From a virus (lineage: Duplodnaviria; Heunggongvirae; Uroviricota; Caudoviricetes), in IMG/VR virus record IMGVR_UViG_2703718871_000021, positions 1 to 39,908 of that record: a DNA stretch of 39,908 nucleotides. One strand, written 5' to 3'. Position 1 is the first letter of the stretch. Every line of letters starts with the position of its first letter. Of the stretch, positions 1-9,230 are shown one piece after another. The translations under genes were made by a program, and so were the position numbers. Below the pieces are notes generated by a model. That model searched no databases, was not told the DNA's origin, and saw only the letters and a program-made list of their open reading frames with translations.

Positions 1-270
<270 letters not shown>

Positions 271-469
271 TTACCGTTAAATCATTTTAAAATCAGTAAG
301 TTGTATCGAGTTTGTATGCTTTACTGTCATTAACTTACTGTATGTTGATCCAGTGTATTTAACCTTGATAAACTCAGTCCAGCAACACAAAACCGCAACA
401 CATTGCATTTTGTCCCGTAGAAAAGACTTGTATGTGTGAGCTTGTTTTCTGCGCCTACGCAGATAAGGA

Positions 470-1873
470 TTGAGAATGCCGCGCACTGTAACACATAATC
501 CGGATAGCCCCAATAATGACGATGTTTTAGCCGCATCTGAAAAATGGGACGCCTGTAAACCCCCCTATACCAGCGCACACATGAAAATCTGTGTTGCTGC
601 CGCTAAAATCATCCTCGCTGCTTCCGGCGTGGCTCGCCGTTCCAAATACGAAAAAGAGAACTATCTCCGTATCGATTTCAGCAAAGCCGGTAAGGTTACA
701 TTTTATGCCGAGTTTCCAAAAAAGATGGGCCTCAAAGGTAAAAAGCTCGGCGAGTGGCCGGAGCTCGCTATCCAGCTGGCGCGCGAAAAAGCGCTAGGTA
801 TGGCTGACGGTGGCCTGCGGGCAGAGTCCGTACATGCAGCGCTGGAAATGTACCGGGATGACCTCAAAGCCAAAGTCGCCCGGCAGAAGCTGAGCCCGGA
901 CAGTTTCACAACCTACGGGGTGCGTATCGACCGGATTAAAGCCACGTTCGGCGAGCGCGAGGTGTTCAGCGACGTAACATACAATCGGCTGGTGGAAGTG
1001 CTGGACGAGTGGATCGCCACTCGCTCGAACAATAACGCCCTGGAGTTGTTTGCCGAGCTCCGTCGGTTCTGGAAGTTCTGCGCACCTACTCTTTGCAATG
1101 GCCGCAATGTTGCCGCCAGTCTGCCAGATGATTATGTTTCCTCCCGCGTACAGAAACCCACCCCCACACGGCTTTTTACCGATATTGAATCAATCGCCCG
1201 ACTCTGGCTCAATGTTGCTGCCTGCACCTCTGTACACCAGAAGAATGCTGTTCGCTTCATGATCATCACTGGTGTTCGTCCGATTAATGTCCATAACCTG
1301 CGCTGGGACTACGTTCACGAGGAGGCTGGTGAAATTGTTTATCCGGAAGGGGTTATCGGCATGCGAGGGGCTATGAAAACACAAAAGGCTTTCCGCCTGC
1401 CGATAACGCCTGAGATCCGGCGGATTATCGACGAGCAGAAAGCCTGGCGTGATTCAGTTCCTGAGTGCAACAGGGATTATGTATTTTTGCAGCCACGTGA
1501 TCCAATGCAGCCATTTTCAAAACGATCACTGGATAAGCTGGTGAAAACATACAGCCCGGACGGGGCTGTAAAAGGAATAAAACATGATGGGACTGTTAAA
1601 GGGAAAGACGGTGCATTTAATACGATGTGCCGTAAATTCCTTAAGAGCAATGTTATTGCCTTGATGAAGGAAAGAGGCTATTCCCGCTCAGACCGAAGGG
1701 AAATCAGCCTCCTTTGCCTTCACCACTCCAGCAAGTCAGATGACCCGATGGCAGAACATTACGACTTTTCTGATGAGATTTTACAGGAAGAGATTGCGTT
1801 GAAGCGCGAAGCTTTCGAGGCTCACGAGCGGAGCATACTTGCGCAGGTGGCATTGCTACGGCGGCGAGGTTAA
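470..1873 (+). CDS. phage tyrosine integrase (site-specific recombinase)
   Basis: 467-aa ORF with AGGA-type RBS before ATG 470; first gene inside the element, convergent with an AlpA-like excisionase gene; size and N-terminal arm-binding-like region fit P4-type integrases; catalytic R-H-R-Y residues not verified by eye, start codon uncertain. Confidence 0.65.
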   Translation: MRMPRTVTHNPDSPNNDDVLAASEKWDACKPPYTSAHMKICVAAAKIILAASGVARRSKYEKENYLRIDFSKAGKVTFYAEFPKKMGLKGKKLGEWPELAIQLAREKALGMADGGLRAESVHAALEMYRDDLKAKVARQKLSPDSFTTYGVRIDRIKATFGEREVFSDVTYNRLVEVLDEWIATRSNNNALELFAELRRFWKFCAPTLCNGRNVAASLPDDYVSSRVQKPTPTRLFTDIESIARLWLNVAACTSVHQKNAVRFMIITGVRPINVHNLRWDYVHEEAGEIVYPEGVIGMRGAMKTQKAFRLPITPEIRRIIDEQKAWRDSVPECNRDYVFLQPRDPMQPFSKRSLDKLVKTYSPDGAVKGIKHDGTVKGKDGAFNTMCRKFLKSNVIALMKERGYSRSDRREISLLCLHHSSKSDDPMAEHYDFSDEILQEEIALKREAFEAHERSILAQVALLRRRG

Positions 1874-2070
1874 TACTGGCTGCGACATTTTTGAATAAAA
1901 GCGTCGACATTTCGGCGCTCATAACGAACTACTTTTGCACTGAAACGAATTGGTGCCAAGATAGCCCGATGACGATGCTTAATATTCCACTCACATAGCG
2001 TTTTCTGTGTAATACCTAACTTTTGGCATACTTCATCCGGGGTGAGTAAATCGTCGGGTTTCTCGCTCAT
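1870..2070 (-). CDS. AlpA/Xis-family excisionase or transcriptional regulator (helix-turn-helix)
   Basis: 66-aa ORF; LLTPDEVCQKLGITQKTLCEWNIK resembles the AlpA-type HTH; sits beside the integrase as excisionases usually do. Confidence 0.65.
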   Translation of the reverse strand: MSEKPDDLLTPDEVCQKLGITQKTLCEWNIKHRHRAILAPIRFSAKVVRYERRNVDAFIQKCRSQY

Positions 2071-3461
2071 GCTATACCTCTCTTTTTCATGGCATCGAGC
2101 AGGATGTCCTGCACTGTTCGTTTTGAGTTGCGCCGCTCCATCACCATTTCGTCCATAGTGTCGGCAGCAATAATGTGGTGAATAAATACCGGACGATTGT
2201 GTCCGGCCTGTATCTGTCTGGTTGGGCCGATACGTTCAATAATTTGCTGATACTGCTCCAGGTCCCACCAATGTGAGAAAAATACCAGTATGTTTCCGCC
2301 GTCCTGCATGTTCAGACCGTGGCCCGCGCTGGCTGGGTGTGCAAAGAGAACAGGAATCTTTCCGGAATTCCAGTCACGTAGTGTCTGTGGATCCTGGTCG
2401 AGGTTACGACCGCGAGGAAATGCTTTAAGCAAGCGTTCAAGATCGTGTTTCCAGTGATAAGCAACCAGCACAGGTGCGCCAGCTGCTTCGGTCAGTATGC
2501 TGTCCAGCGCCTGTAGTTTGGTGTCATGCAGTTCTGACCAACTTCCGGTGTCATCTGTGTATACTGCGCCGCTGGCGATTTGCAGACACTTCAGTGTCTT
2601 TGCCGCGGCGTTCGGTGCTTCGATGCCTTCGCCATTCAGCTCGAGGAACATTTCCTTTTCCATTTCACGATACTGCTGACGGGCCTTCGGCGGCATATCC
2701 ACGCGGATTACGTTATGGATGGGGTCTTTGATATCGAACCAGTCGGTCGCATCCAGCGAGAGGGTCACATCGGCTAACGCTCGCTGTATTTCACCCTGTG
2801 AGTGAGCAAAAGGCTCCAGTTTGGTCCAGCTCTGTCCCGGAAACTGTATCGATTTGAACCAGCGTGAGGTAAACGCGCCGTAAGTGCGCCCGAGACGTTG
2901 CCCCAGGTCCACAAACCACGATTGTCCCCACAAATCTACCAGGCCGTTCGGTGCTGGCGTACCGGTGAGATTTATCCAGCGCCGGACATACTTGTGCGCC
3001 ACTTTGCCCAGCGCCGCCGCGCGCTTACCACCACCTCGCAGCCGGAAGGATTTTAGCCGGGTGCTTTCATCTGGAATGACAGTACCGAACGGCCATCGTT
3101 CTCCCAATTCCTCAACCAGCCAGACAAGGTTATCGTAGTTGATGGTGAACACGCTCGCGTTGTTGTTCGCCAACGCTGCAGAGCGCGCTTTGGCATTACC
3201 AACAATTGGTTGTACCTCGATATTGCGCAAATGCCCCCACTTCAGTGCTTCATCCGGCCATGTGCTGGCAGCCACGCGCAGCGGCGCGAGAACCAGCGCA
3301 GGTTGTGTTTCTGCACCCGCCATGAAGAGGTCTTCCAGCGTAGTGAGTGTCGCTACGGTTTTACCCATTCCCATACCCGCCCAGATGTTGCCGCGCAGAA
3401 TGTTAGTTTGGTGATTGATTATGAGGTTTTGATAAATTCTGGGGTGGAATATGCTATTCAT
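2067..3461 (-). CDS. SNF2/DEAD-like superfamily-2 helicase (phage replication/recombination)
   Basis: 464-aa ORF; Walker A GMGMGKT near N-terminus, DExx-type box VIPDEST, C-terminal helicase-like region; start overlaps the excisionase stop (operon). Confidence 0.8.
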   Translation of the reverse strand: MNSIFHPRIYQNLIINHQTNILRGNIWAGMGMGKTVATLTTLEDLFMAGAETQPALVLAPLRVAASTWPDEALKWGHLRNIEVQPIVGNAKARSAALANNNASVFTINYDNLVWLVEELGERWPFGTVIPDESTRLKSFRLRGGGKRAAALGKVAHKYVRRWINLTGTPAPNGLVDLWGQSWFVDLGQRLGRTYGAFTSRWFKSIQFPGQSWTKLEPFAHSQGEIQRALADVTLSLDATDWFDIKDPIHNVIRVDMPPKARQQYREMEKEMFLELNGEGIEAPNAAAKTLKCLQIASGAVYTDDTGSWSELHDTKLQALDSILTEAAGAPVLVAYHWKHDLERLLKAFPRGRNLDQDPQTLRDWNSGKIPVLFAHPASAGHGLNMQDGGNILVFFSHWWDLEQYQQIIERIGPTRQIQAGHNRPVFIHHIIAADTMDEMVMERRNSKRTVQDILLDAMKKRGIA

Positions 3462-3522
3462 TAATACACCTATGGTAGAATATGGTCACTTCTCTCTCTA
3501 TATATAACTAACGGAGGCGGGT

Positions 3523-4320
3523 ATGCCCCTGGCGAAAATATTTACAAAGCAAGTTTCTTTATTAACTATGTTTTCAGCGTTAGCTTATGCGATGGCATAT
3601 TATTTTCAGAAAGGTGTTGCATCGTATTATGGCTATCCAGACCTTTTTATTAAAATAGACTTAAATACGCTATTGTATTCGGCTGTGTGGCTTTTGTTTT
3701 TTAGTTTTTTATTTCTCGGCGCCTTATATGCGGCGTTGATGTTTGATTTGAAAGGAAAATATTATGTTCCATTTATTGTATTTATAGTTGTTATGCTAAT
3801 GGCTAATATTTGTATAATAGGATTTCATTGGCCTTTTGGTTATTTCTCCGAAACTTCTGTGATGAGTGTTCAGGATATTTTATTATTTGCTATGCTTTTG
3901 TTGAATTATCACAATGTGGTGTCCATGCCAATCCATAGTAAGAGACACGAACATCATATGGAGAGCATTAGAAAATTTGGGAGGCTTGCAGAGTATAAGA
4001 ACGTATTTTATTATATCGATTTAAAAATCCTAAAGTCAGCTTTTCCTTTAGGGGTGATAACGTTGTTGATATTGAGCTATACATTCGGGAAGGTTACTGC
4101 ATTTAAAAATAACGAATATTATATGGTAGATGGTAGTAATACTAAAGTGTTGCTCAATTCATTTGGTAGTGGTTTTGTTGTTGGTGATTGTGAGTCAAAT
4201 AGCGCAAAATTTGAATTTGTTAATGATTTAAAAGGGATGAGATTCACAATCATGTCCTCTAAAAAGGAAATAGCTAAATTAAAAGAGTGTTTCGAAATAC
4301 GTGTTAAAAATACGGATTAA
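3523..4320 (+). CDS. hypothetical multi-pass membrane protein (AT-rich cargo gene)
   Basis: 265-aa ORF on the strand opposite to the surrounding early operon; visibly AT-rich; several long hydrophobic segments (LLYSAVWLLFFSFLFLGALYAAL, FIVFIVVMLMANICIIGF); GAGG-type RBS before ATG. Confidence 0.55.
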   Translation: MPLAKIFTKQVSLLTMFSALAYAMAYYFQKGVASYYGYPDLFIKIDLNTLLYSAVWLLFFSFLFLGALYAALMFDLKGKYYVPFIVFIVVMLMANICIIGFHWPFGYFSETSVMSVQDILLFAMLLLNYHNVVSMPIHSKRHEHHMESIRKFGRLAEYKNVFYYIDLKILKSAFPLGVITLLILSYTFGKVTAFKNNEYYMVDGSNTKVLLNSFGSGFVVGDCESNSAKFEFVNDLKGMRFTIMSSKKEIAKLKECFEIRVKNTD

Positions 4321-4332
4321 AGCATAAGTCTT

Positions 4333-4620
4333 TTATCCTTTATTGCGGCTTAAAATAATGGCCTCCAGATTTTTGCTATCCAGCACCACTACGGTAAAGC
4401 CCAGCGCGCGCAACCGTCCGTGTTCGCGCAACTGGTCAGGCCGTGGTGGCTTGCCGGGGGATTTACATTCAACGAAAATGATACGACCGCCGGGTAGCAG
4501 AACAATGCGATCTGGTACCGAGCGGCGACCGGGGGATACGAACTTAAAGGCAACCCCGCCAGCCTTTTTTACTTCAGCGACGAGGTGCTTTTCGATTAGG
4601 TTTTCACGTTCATAGGCCAT
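4333..4620 (-). CDS. VRR-NUC domain nuclease
   Basis: 95-aa ORF; EVKKAGG...FVECKSPGKPP...QLREH...GF pattern typical of VRR-NUC (PD-(D/E)xK-type) phage proteins; commonly paired with SNF2 helicases. Confidence 0.75.
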   Translation of the reverse strand: MAYERENLIEKHLVAEVKKAGGVAFKFVSPGRRSVPDRIVLLPGGRIIFVECKSPGKPPRPDQLREHGRLRALGFTVVVLDSKNLEAIILSRNKG

Positions 4621-4814
4621 TAGCTTTCGCCTTCCTGCTTTTTGCGTTTCTTCATGCAGATAGCGCAGTTCTCAGGATGGTCATGCCATTCATCAATCCT
4701 GATACCTGTGAACATCCATTTTCCGCATAGTGATATGGCTTCCCCCGAATTAAAGAAATGTGCTTTTTTTGACAGAGCGGGGAACCCCCAACCCTTATTA
4801 TCGATATTAGACAT
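4620..4814 (-). CDS. hypothetical small protein
   Basis: 64-aa ORF with strong RBS AAGGAGGTG before the ATG; stop overlaps VRR-NUC start; Cys/His-containing C-terminal part (HDHPENCAICMKK). Confidence 0.5.
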   Translation of the reverse strand: MSNIDNKGWGFPALSKKAHFFNSGEAISLCGKWMFTGIRIDEWHDHPENCAICMKKRKKQEGES

Positions 4815-4850
4815 CGTCCACCTCCTTACGCTTTTCGCGCATGTTCTGCA

Positions 4851-4985
4851 TCAGACAAAAATCAAACCGACGTTCGCTTTGGCCCAGACCTGCATCGCCC
4901 GGTCGTACCCGCCGGACTGTTCAAGGTGCAAAGCCTCCCGCACAGTCCGGTAATAAAGCGGACTGTCTCGGTATTTAAATGACAT
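4851..4985 (-). CDS. hypothetical small protein (44 aa)
   Basis: Short ORF found by hand (MSFKYRDSPLYYRTVREALHLEQSGGYDRAMQVWAKANVGLIFV), immediately upstream of and co-oriented with the 64-aa gene; below the 60-aa ORF-track cutoff. Confidence 0.3.
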   Translation of the reverse strand: MSFKYRDSPLYYRTVREALHLEQSGGYDRAMQVWAKANVGLIFV

Positions 4986-5000
4986 AGGGTTTTTATTCCC

Positions 5001-5027
5001 AAATAAAAAACCCCGCGATGCAGGGTT
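5001..5027 (-). terminator. putative rho-independent terminator downstream of the TIR-like gene
   Basis: On the minus strand CCCTGC-atc-GCGGGG hairpin followed by TTTTTTATTT. Confidence 0.45.
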
Positions 5028-5048
5028 GTAATCAACAATAAGGGGTAA

Positions 5049-5810
5049 TTACGAGGAAGCGTTAGCTATTTGAGCTTGTGTAAATTCGAAACCAGAATTT
5101 TGTAACCGTTGCACTAGACGAGGAACTGTTTCACGTACATGGTCGTTGAAATTCAGATACAAAATCCCGTTAGCATCAGAAGGCTGTTCTAGGTGCTGTT
5201 TCTGAAGGATTGCTACATTGCTGCGCCCTAAGGACGAAAGAAGCATACCCATCTCGAGTACAACGTTCTGTCTTGCGCGGGGTTGGATTTCTGCTTCACC
5301 GGCGCGCTTTGAGTATCCCATATCATCAGGTGTCAAAAGAACAATCCCGAAACGGGTAGCAGTTTGTCCTTGCCCAATTTCACGTTCAAGCTCTTCAATA
5401 ATGGTGAGTCCAGTCCCTCCCGTATTCTGCAAAATGAAATGGTCTGGTAATCCAAGTTTATGAAGGATTAGCTCAAGTTGCTCCTTTGCAGTATGGTCAT
5501 GGCCGTGAACAATGAATATCTTTTTGGGGAGCTCAGATGGCTGTTCTACGGCTAGTGGTGTTGCCGTGGGCGGCGTTCCTAAATGGGTCATTATTGCAGT
5601 TTCAACATTGGGACGTTCTTGAGGGTTACCTTGAAACTGAATGGTCCGGGTGGTGTAAAGGTTAACAATTACGCCATTCGTTAAACGATAGCAGTCACAA
5701 GTCTCACGCTGTTCGTGGGAAAAATTGGTGAACCCACACTCCCTCAAAAAGTCAGGAAAAGATTCTCTCGGGTATGGATAGGTGATCGGCATTTCAGTTA
5801 GTTCCTGCAT
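5049..5810 (-). CDS. TIR-like-domain protein with unknown N-terminal domain (candidate defence or counter-defence effector)
   Basis: 253-aa ORF; residues ~97-230 (KKIFIVHGHDHTAKEQLELIL...GLTIIEELE...FGIVLLTPDDMGY...NVVLEMGML) fit my recollection of the bacterial TIR-like family (PF10137/COG4271 type); N-terminal ~95 aa unassignable; co-oriented with DNA polymerase gene. Confidence 0.6.
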   Translation of the reverse strand: MQELTEMPITYPYPRESFPDFLRECGFTNFSHEQRETCDCYRLTNGVIVNLYTTRTIQFQGNPQERPNVETAIMTHLGTPPTATPLAVEQPSELPKKIFIVHGHDHTAKEQLELILHKLGLPDHFILQNTGGTGLTIIEELEREIGQGQTATRFGIVLLTPDDMGYSKRAGEAEIQPRARQNVVLEMGMLLSSLGRSNVAILQKQHLEQPSDANGILYLNFNDHVRETVPRLVQRLQNSGFEFTQAQIANASS

Positions 5811-5874
5811 AAGTATTGTTCCTTTAATTTACTCGAATTCAGCATGTCGCCATAGCTCGATAAGGTGAGTTATA

Positions 5875-7938
5875 TCAATCTTTTTTGTAGTGGTACGCCT
5901 CAAAACCGCCAGCGTTCAGTGGGATATCGGGCGCCCATTCGGGGTCAGTGGAGAGAAGCGCGGAAAGCGCTTTATCGTTGAAATCTTCTGTGTCAGGTGC
6001 TTCGGTGATCACCTCGTCGTGTACCGTCAGCACAATGCTGTAACCGGCATCTTCGATAAGCGGCATGTTTCCGGCCAGAATGTCGCGGGCGGCCGCCTGG
6101 GTGATGTTCTCCACCAGCTTTCCGCCGTAGGTTTTGAGTCGTTGCCATTTACTCGAATAAGAGTTAACCCCCATGTAGGTGATATTCCCTTTTTCGATAA
6201 CCGGAGACGGGTGGCATACAGCGCGTCCGGATGGTAGCTGTATGCGCAGCCACGCGCCATCGCGGCGGATTTTAAGATAACCGCAATACAATGTTTTTTG
6301 CGGTGTGGCGATTGCAGTGCGGACGGTGCGCTCCAGTTCGTACCAGAAATCACAGGTCGCGGGATGCGCCCGGCGCCAGAGACGTTTAAGTGAGTCGCAG
6401 GCGATAAATACCCGTTCAGAAAGCCCGTAGGTTGACTTGCGTTTAACCGATTCGTCGTACCAGCTTTTCGCCTCGCGGATAACATCGCGGGGAATGTTTG
6501 GTAGTGCGGCGTTCGCCAGCTCGTCGAGATCGAGACCGTAAACCAGTGCAAAAGTGATGAAGGCCGACACACCACCACCATAACCCAGACCGAGTTCCAT
6601 GACTTTACCGATCTGACGCATGTGTTTATCAACATCATCTGGTGCAATATCGAAAGCTTTTGCATACGCCAGTTTATATAAGTCCGGACCCGTTCCGGCG
6701 TCGTACTCTCTGAATGCATTCAGTTTCCATTCTTCTCCCGCCAGCCATGCCAGCATACGGCCTTCAATGTTCGACAAGTCACTTACCACCAGCTTTTTGC
6801 CTGTTGGCGCGATAATGCAGCCACGTAACGCTGAACTGGTTAGTTCCATGATATTGTCAAACAGCAGGTCTGCACATCCGGCTTTCAGTGCTTCGATGCC
6901 TTCGTCTATTTGTTCCTGTTTTAGTGAAGGGCGGGGAAGGTTCTGGGGCTGGAATAGCCGTCCGGCCCAACGACCGGTACGTGACGCCCCGCAGAACTGT
7001 AGCGTACCGCGTAAGCGCCCGTCGTGGCTTACGCCTTTCATCAGTGCCTTGTATTTACTGGTGCTGGTAGTACTGGCCTGCAGGCGGATAGCCAGCAGTT
7101 CTTTCACGGCAGATGGTAAATCGGGGTCGGCAATACGACGTTCCAGAGTACTGCGTTGCATGTCTGGTAGCTCCACACCGTAGGATTCAACAATGTGCTT
7201 AATCAACGCGTCTCGTTGTGTGGCTGCCTGCACTTTGCCATCAGTCATTTCCTGTGTACGCTTTGCCAGGCGCTTTTGTTCCTGGTCTACCGCGTCGATC
7301 GCAGCGCGTGCGAGTTCCACGTCCATGCAGACGCCCCGGTCATTGATCTGCTGATCACGATGCCAGAGCGCCAGTTCTGTCCCCTGATAATTCCACTTCG
7401 GCAGACGTTTATAGACTTCGCGCATTGCCTCGATATCCAGTCCGGCGTAAGCAACAAAGCGCCGCCATTCTTCCGGGTGGGTTTTGCTGGTGGCCCGGCG
7501 CAGTTTGCTGTTTTTCGGGCGTGGCTTACAGAACAGCTGGATCAGCGCTTTACCTTCTTTGTCCTTCGCTTTGTCTTGCGGGACGCCTAGTACTTCGCAG
7601 AGTTCCCCCAGAGACCCCGGGAGACCGTGCGCCAGCGCCTGCACCATTGTGTCGCGCCAACGTTCGACTGGCGGTGCCAGGCGCGGCATTGCATAACGCA
7701 GAACGGTGCGGTCGAAGTGAGAGTTATGGAAATAAAGCAGGGTTTCAGGGTCTGCGATTGCTTCGTATAAGCCGTGTGGAATACCACCACCGGCAGTGAT
7801 ATCCCATACGTTTACTGGCCCGTCGTTGATAGCCCATGCGAAAAGCATCACTTCAACGCCTTCGGCATACGCATGGGTACCGTTCGTAATAGGGATTTCG
7901 CAATAGGTTTCCAGGTCGCCCCATAGTATATTGGACAT
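5875..7938 (-). CDS. family A DNA polymerase with N-terminal 3'-5' exonuclease-like region
   Basis: 687-aa ORF; PolA motifs visible: motif A-like [16 protein letters not shown], motif B-like [16 protein letters not shown], motif C-like [10 protein letters not shown]. Confidence 0.9.
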   Translation of the reverse strand: MSNILWGDLETYCEIPITNGTHAYAEGVEVMLFAWAINDGPVNVWDITAGGGIPHGLYEAIADPETLLYFHNSHFDRTVLRYAMPRLAPPVERWRDTMVQALAHGLPGSLGELCEVLGVPQDKAKDKEGKALIQLFCKPRPKNSKLRRATSKTHPEEWRRFVAYAGLDIEAMREVYKRLPKWNYQGTELALWHRDQQINDRGVCMDVELARAAIDAVDQEQKRLAKRTQEMTDGKVQAATQRDALIKHIVESYGVELPDMQRSTLERRIADPDLPSAVKELLAIRLQASTTSTSKYKALMKGVSHDGRLRGTLQFCGASRTGRWAGRLFQPQNLPRPSLKQEQIDEGIEALKAGCADLLFDNIMELTSSALRGCIIAPTGKKLVVSDLSNIEGRMLAWLAGEEWKLNAFREYDAGTGPDLYKLAYAKAFDIAPDDVDKHMRQIGKVMELGLGYGGGVSAFITFALVYGLDLDELANAALPNIPRDVIREAKSWYDESVKRKSTYGLSERVFIACDSLKRLWRRAHPATCDFWYELERTVRTAIATPQKTLYCGYLKIRRDGAWLRIQLPSGRAVCHPSPVIEKGNITYMGVNSYSSKWQRLKTYGGKLVENITQAAARDILAGNMPLIEDAGYSIVLTVHDEVITEAPDTEDFNDKALSALLSTDPEWAPDIPLNAGGFEAYHYKKD

Positions 7939-7984
7939 GTGTTTACCTTGGTTTTTATTCTATTAACTGATTAAAAGATTAATT

Positions 7985-8614
7985 ATGCATATGATCCAAT
8001 ACTTGATTGACCATACAGAGCATCTGGAGAAAATAGCTGGATATATTTTTTCATGTTTGATTGTTATGGGAGTCTGGATAAGAAAGATCATTTTTAATTA
8101 TAAGTATAAAGAGCCTAAATATGTCAAGAAGTTAATTTTATATTTAGTTAAGTATGAACGTTATCTGGATGAGGAGGATAAGAGTGCCATAGAAAAAAGA
8201 ATAAATGATAAAATTATTCGTGATGCGCTGAAATTGCAATCCTCTTATAACCGAAGAGATGTTATTTACATTTGCAATAGATTAGAAAAAAGACAGTATA
8301 TAAATCAGTTGATTAAGCTTCAGAATTATATAGAGAAAGATAACGGAGTGTTTTTTATTAATGTTGATTTTTCAGGTTTTTTATTTATTATTAGTCGTCT
8401 GTTTTCCTTTCTGTGTTTTGTGCTGTTTACCCTTTTTTCTATTATCTGCATTATTTCCATAGGGCAAAATGAAGGCCTTTTAAATTATCTTGTGTATATG
8501 GTTATGATAATAGTTTTAGAGACTGTTGGTTTTTGGATGTATGATACTTTCCCGTCTAAGAAAAAGATCTGTGAACTAAATAAAGAATTGAGAAAGATTA
8601 AGATTCCTGAGTGA
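7985..8614 (+). CDS. hypothetical membrane protein (AT-rich cargo gene)
   Basis: 209-aa ORF on opposite strand to flanking replication genes; strongly AT-rich; Lys/Tyr/Ile-rich with hydrophobic segments (FLFIISRLFSFLCFVLFTLFSIICIISIG, LVYMVMIIVLETVGFW). Confidence 0.55.
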   Translation: MHMIQYLIDHTEHLEKIAGYIFSCLIVMGVWIRKIIFNYKYKEPKYVKKLILYLVKYERYLDEEDKSAIEKRINDKIIRDALKLQSSYNRRDVIYICNRLEKRQYINQLIKLQNYIEKDNGVFFINVDFSGFLFIISRLFSFLCFVLFTLFSIICIISIGQNEGLLNYLVYMVMIIVLETVGFWMYDTFPSKKKICELNKELRKIKIPE

Positions 8615-8666
8615 TTATACGCCTAATCAGTAGCCCGGTGTTTAACCGGGCGTCTATGAAGTAGGG

Positions 8667-9215
8667 TTAAATTAGTGCTTCAGCATCAGCACCTTCGCTG
8701 ATATCGTCGAAATCGTCAGCGCTTGCCACTCCGCCGCCAGCGAATGCATCGCCGTCTCGCAGGAACTGGACTCCGCCGAGTGAGGCATTAATGCGTTTAC
8801 CGAAATTATTGTCTTGTGCCCAGATATCGATAACGGCGTTTACATAGCACCCTGCATAGGGACGTCCGTCAGCCTGAATAAGTGGCGAACGATCGCGATC
8901 AAGAACAGCTGGGCGCGCTTTGTTAGCAGCATTCAGGAAGAAATTACCGGGGAAGCCTTCATACTCTGCTTTTTCATCACCATCATGCAGGCACAGATTG
9001 AGTTTTTTCTCCAGCTGGTTATAAATGGGCTCCCACTTCTCTCCCCATTTTTCCTTCGCTACCTGCTTCATAGCTTTACGGATTTCTTCCAGTTGTGGGT
9101 GTTTGGGTGACATTAAAAATACTGCGGAGAAACGTGGATCGCCTTCGCCGTTTACAGTTTTAGCTTCAAACAGAGACGGGAAGGCCAGACGAACATTGTT
9201 CAGCTTCAGTTTCAT
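8667..9215 (-). CDS. DUF2815-like phage protein (putative ssDNA-binding protein)
   Basis: 182-aa ORF starting MKLKLNNVRLAFPSLFEAK, a pattern I associate with DUF2815; acidic C-terminal tail (DDFDDISEGADAEALI) as in SSB-type proteins; adjacent to DUF2800-like and PolA genes. Confidence 0.65.
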   Translation of the reverse strand: MKLKLNNVRLAFPSLFEAKTVNGEGDPRFSAVFLMSPKHPQLEEIRKAMKQVAKEKWGEKWEPIYNQLEKKLNLCLHDGDEKAEYEGFPGNFFLNAANKARPAVLDRDRSPLIQADGRPYAGCYVNAVIDIWAQDNNFGKRINASLGGVQFLRDGDAFAGGGVASADDFDDISEGADAEALI

Positions 9216-9230
9216 GGGGATTTCCTTAAA

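Noticed and set aside
2474-3464. Several 60-90-aa plus-strand ORFs inside the helicase gene
   Set aside because: Antisense to a gene with clear helicase motifs; no supporting signals.
4642-4953. 103-aa plus-strand ORF
   Set aside because: Overlaps two minus-strand small genes of which one has a strong RBS and operon coupling; the plus ORF has no RBS and runs against local transcription.
6027-7183. Alternative-frame and antisense ORFs (230 aa minus, 187 aa plus) inside the DNA polymerase gene
   Set aside because: The polymerase frame carries recognisable PolA motifs; the overlapping ORFs are Ser/Arg/Pro-rich as expected for off-frame translation of GC-rich coding DNA.
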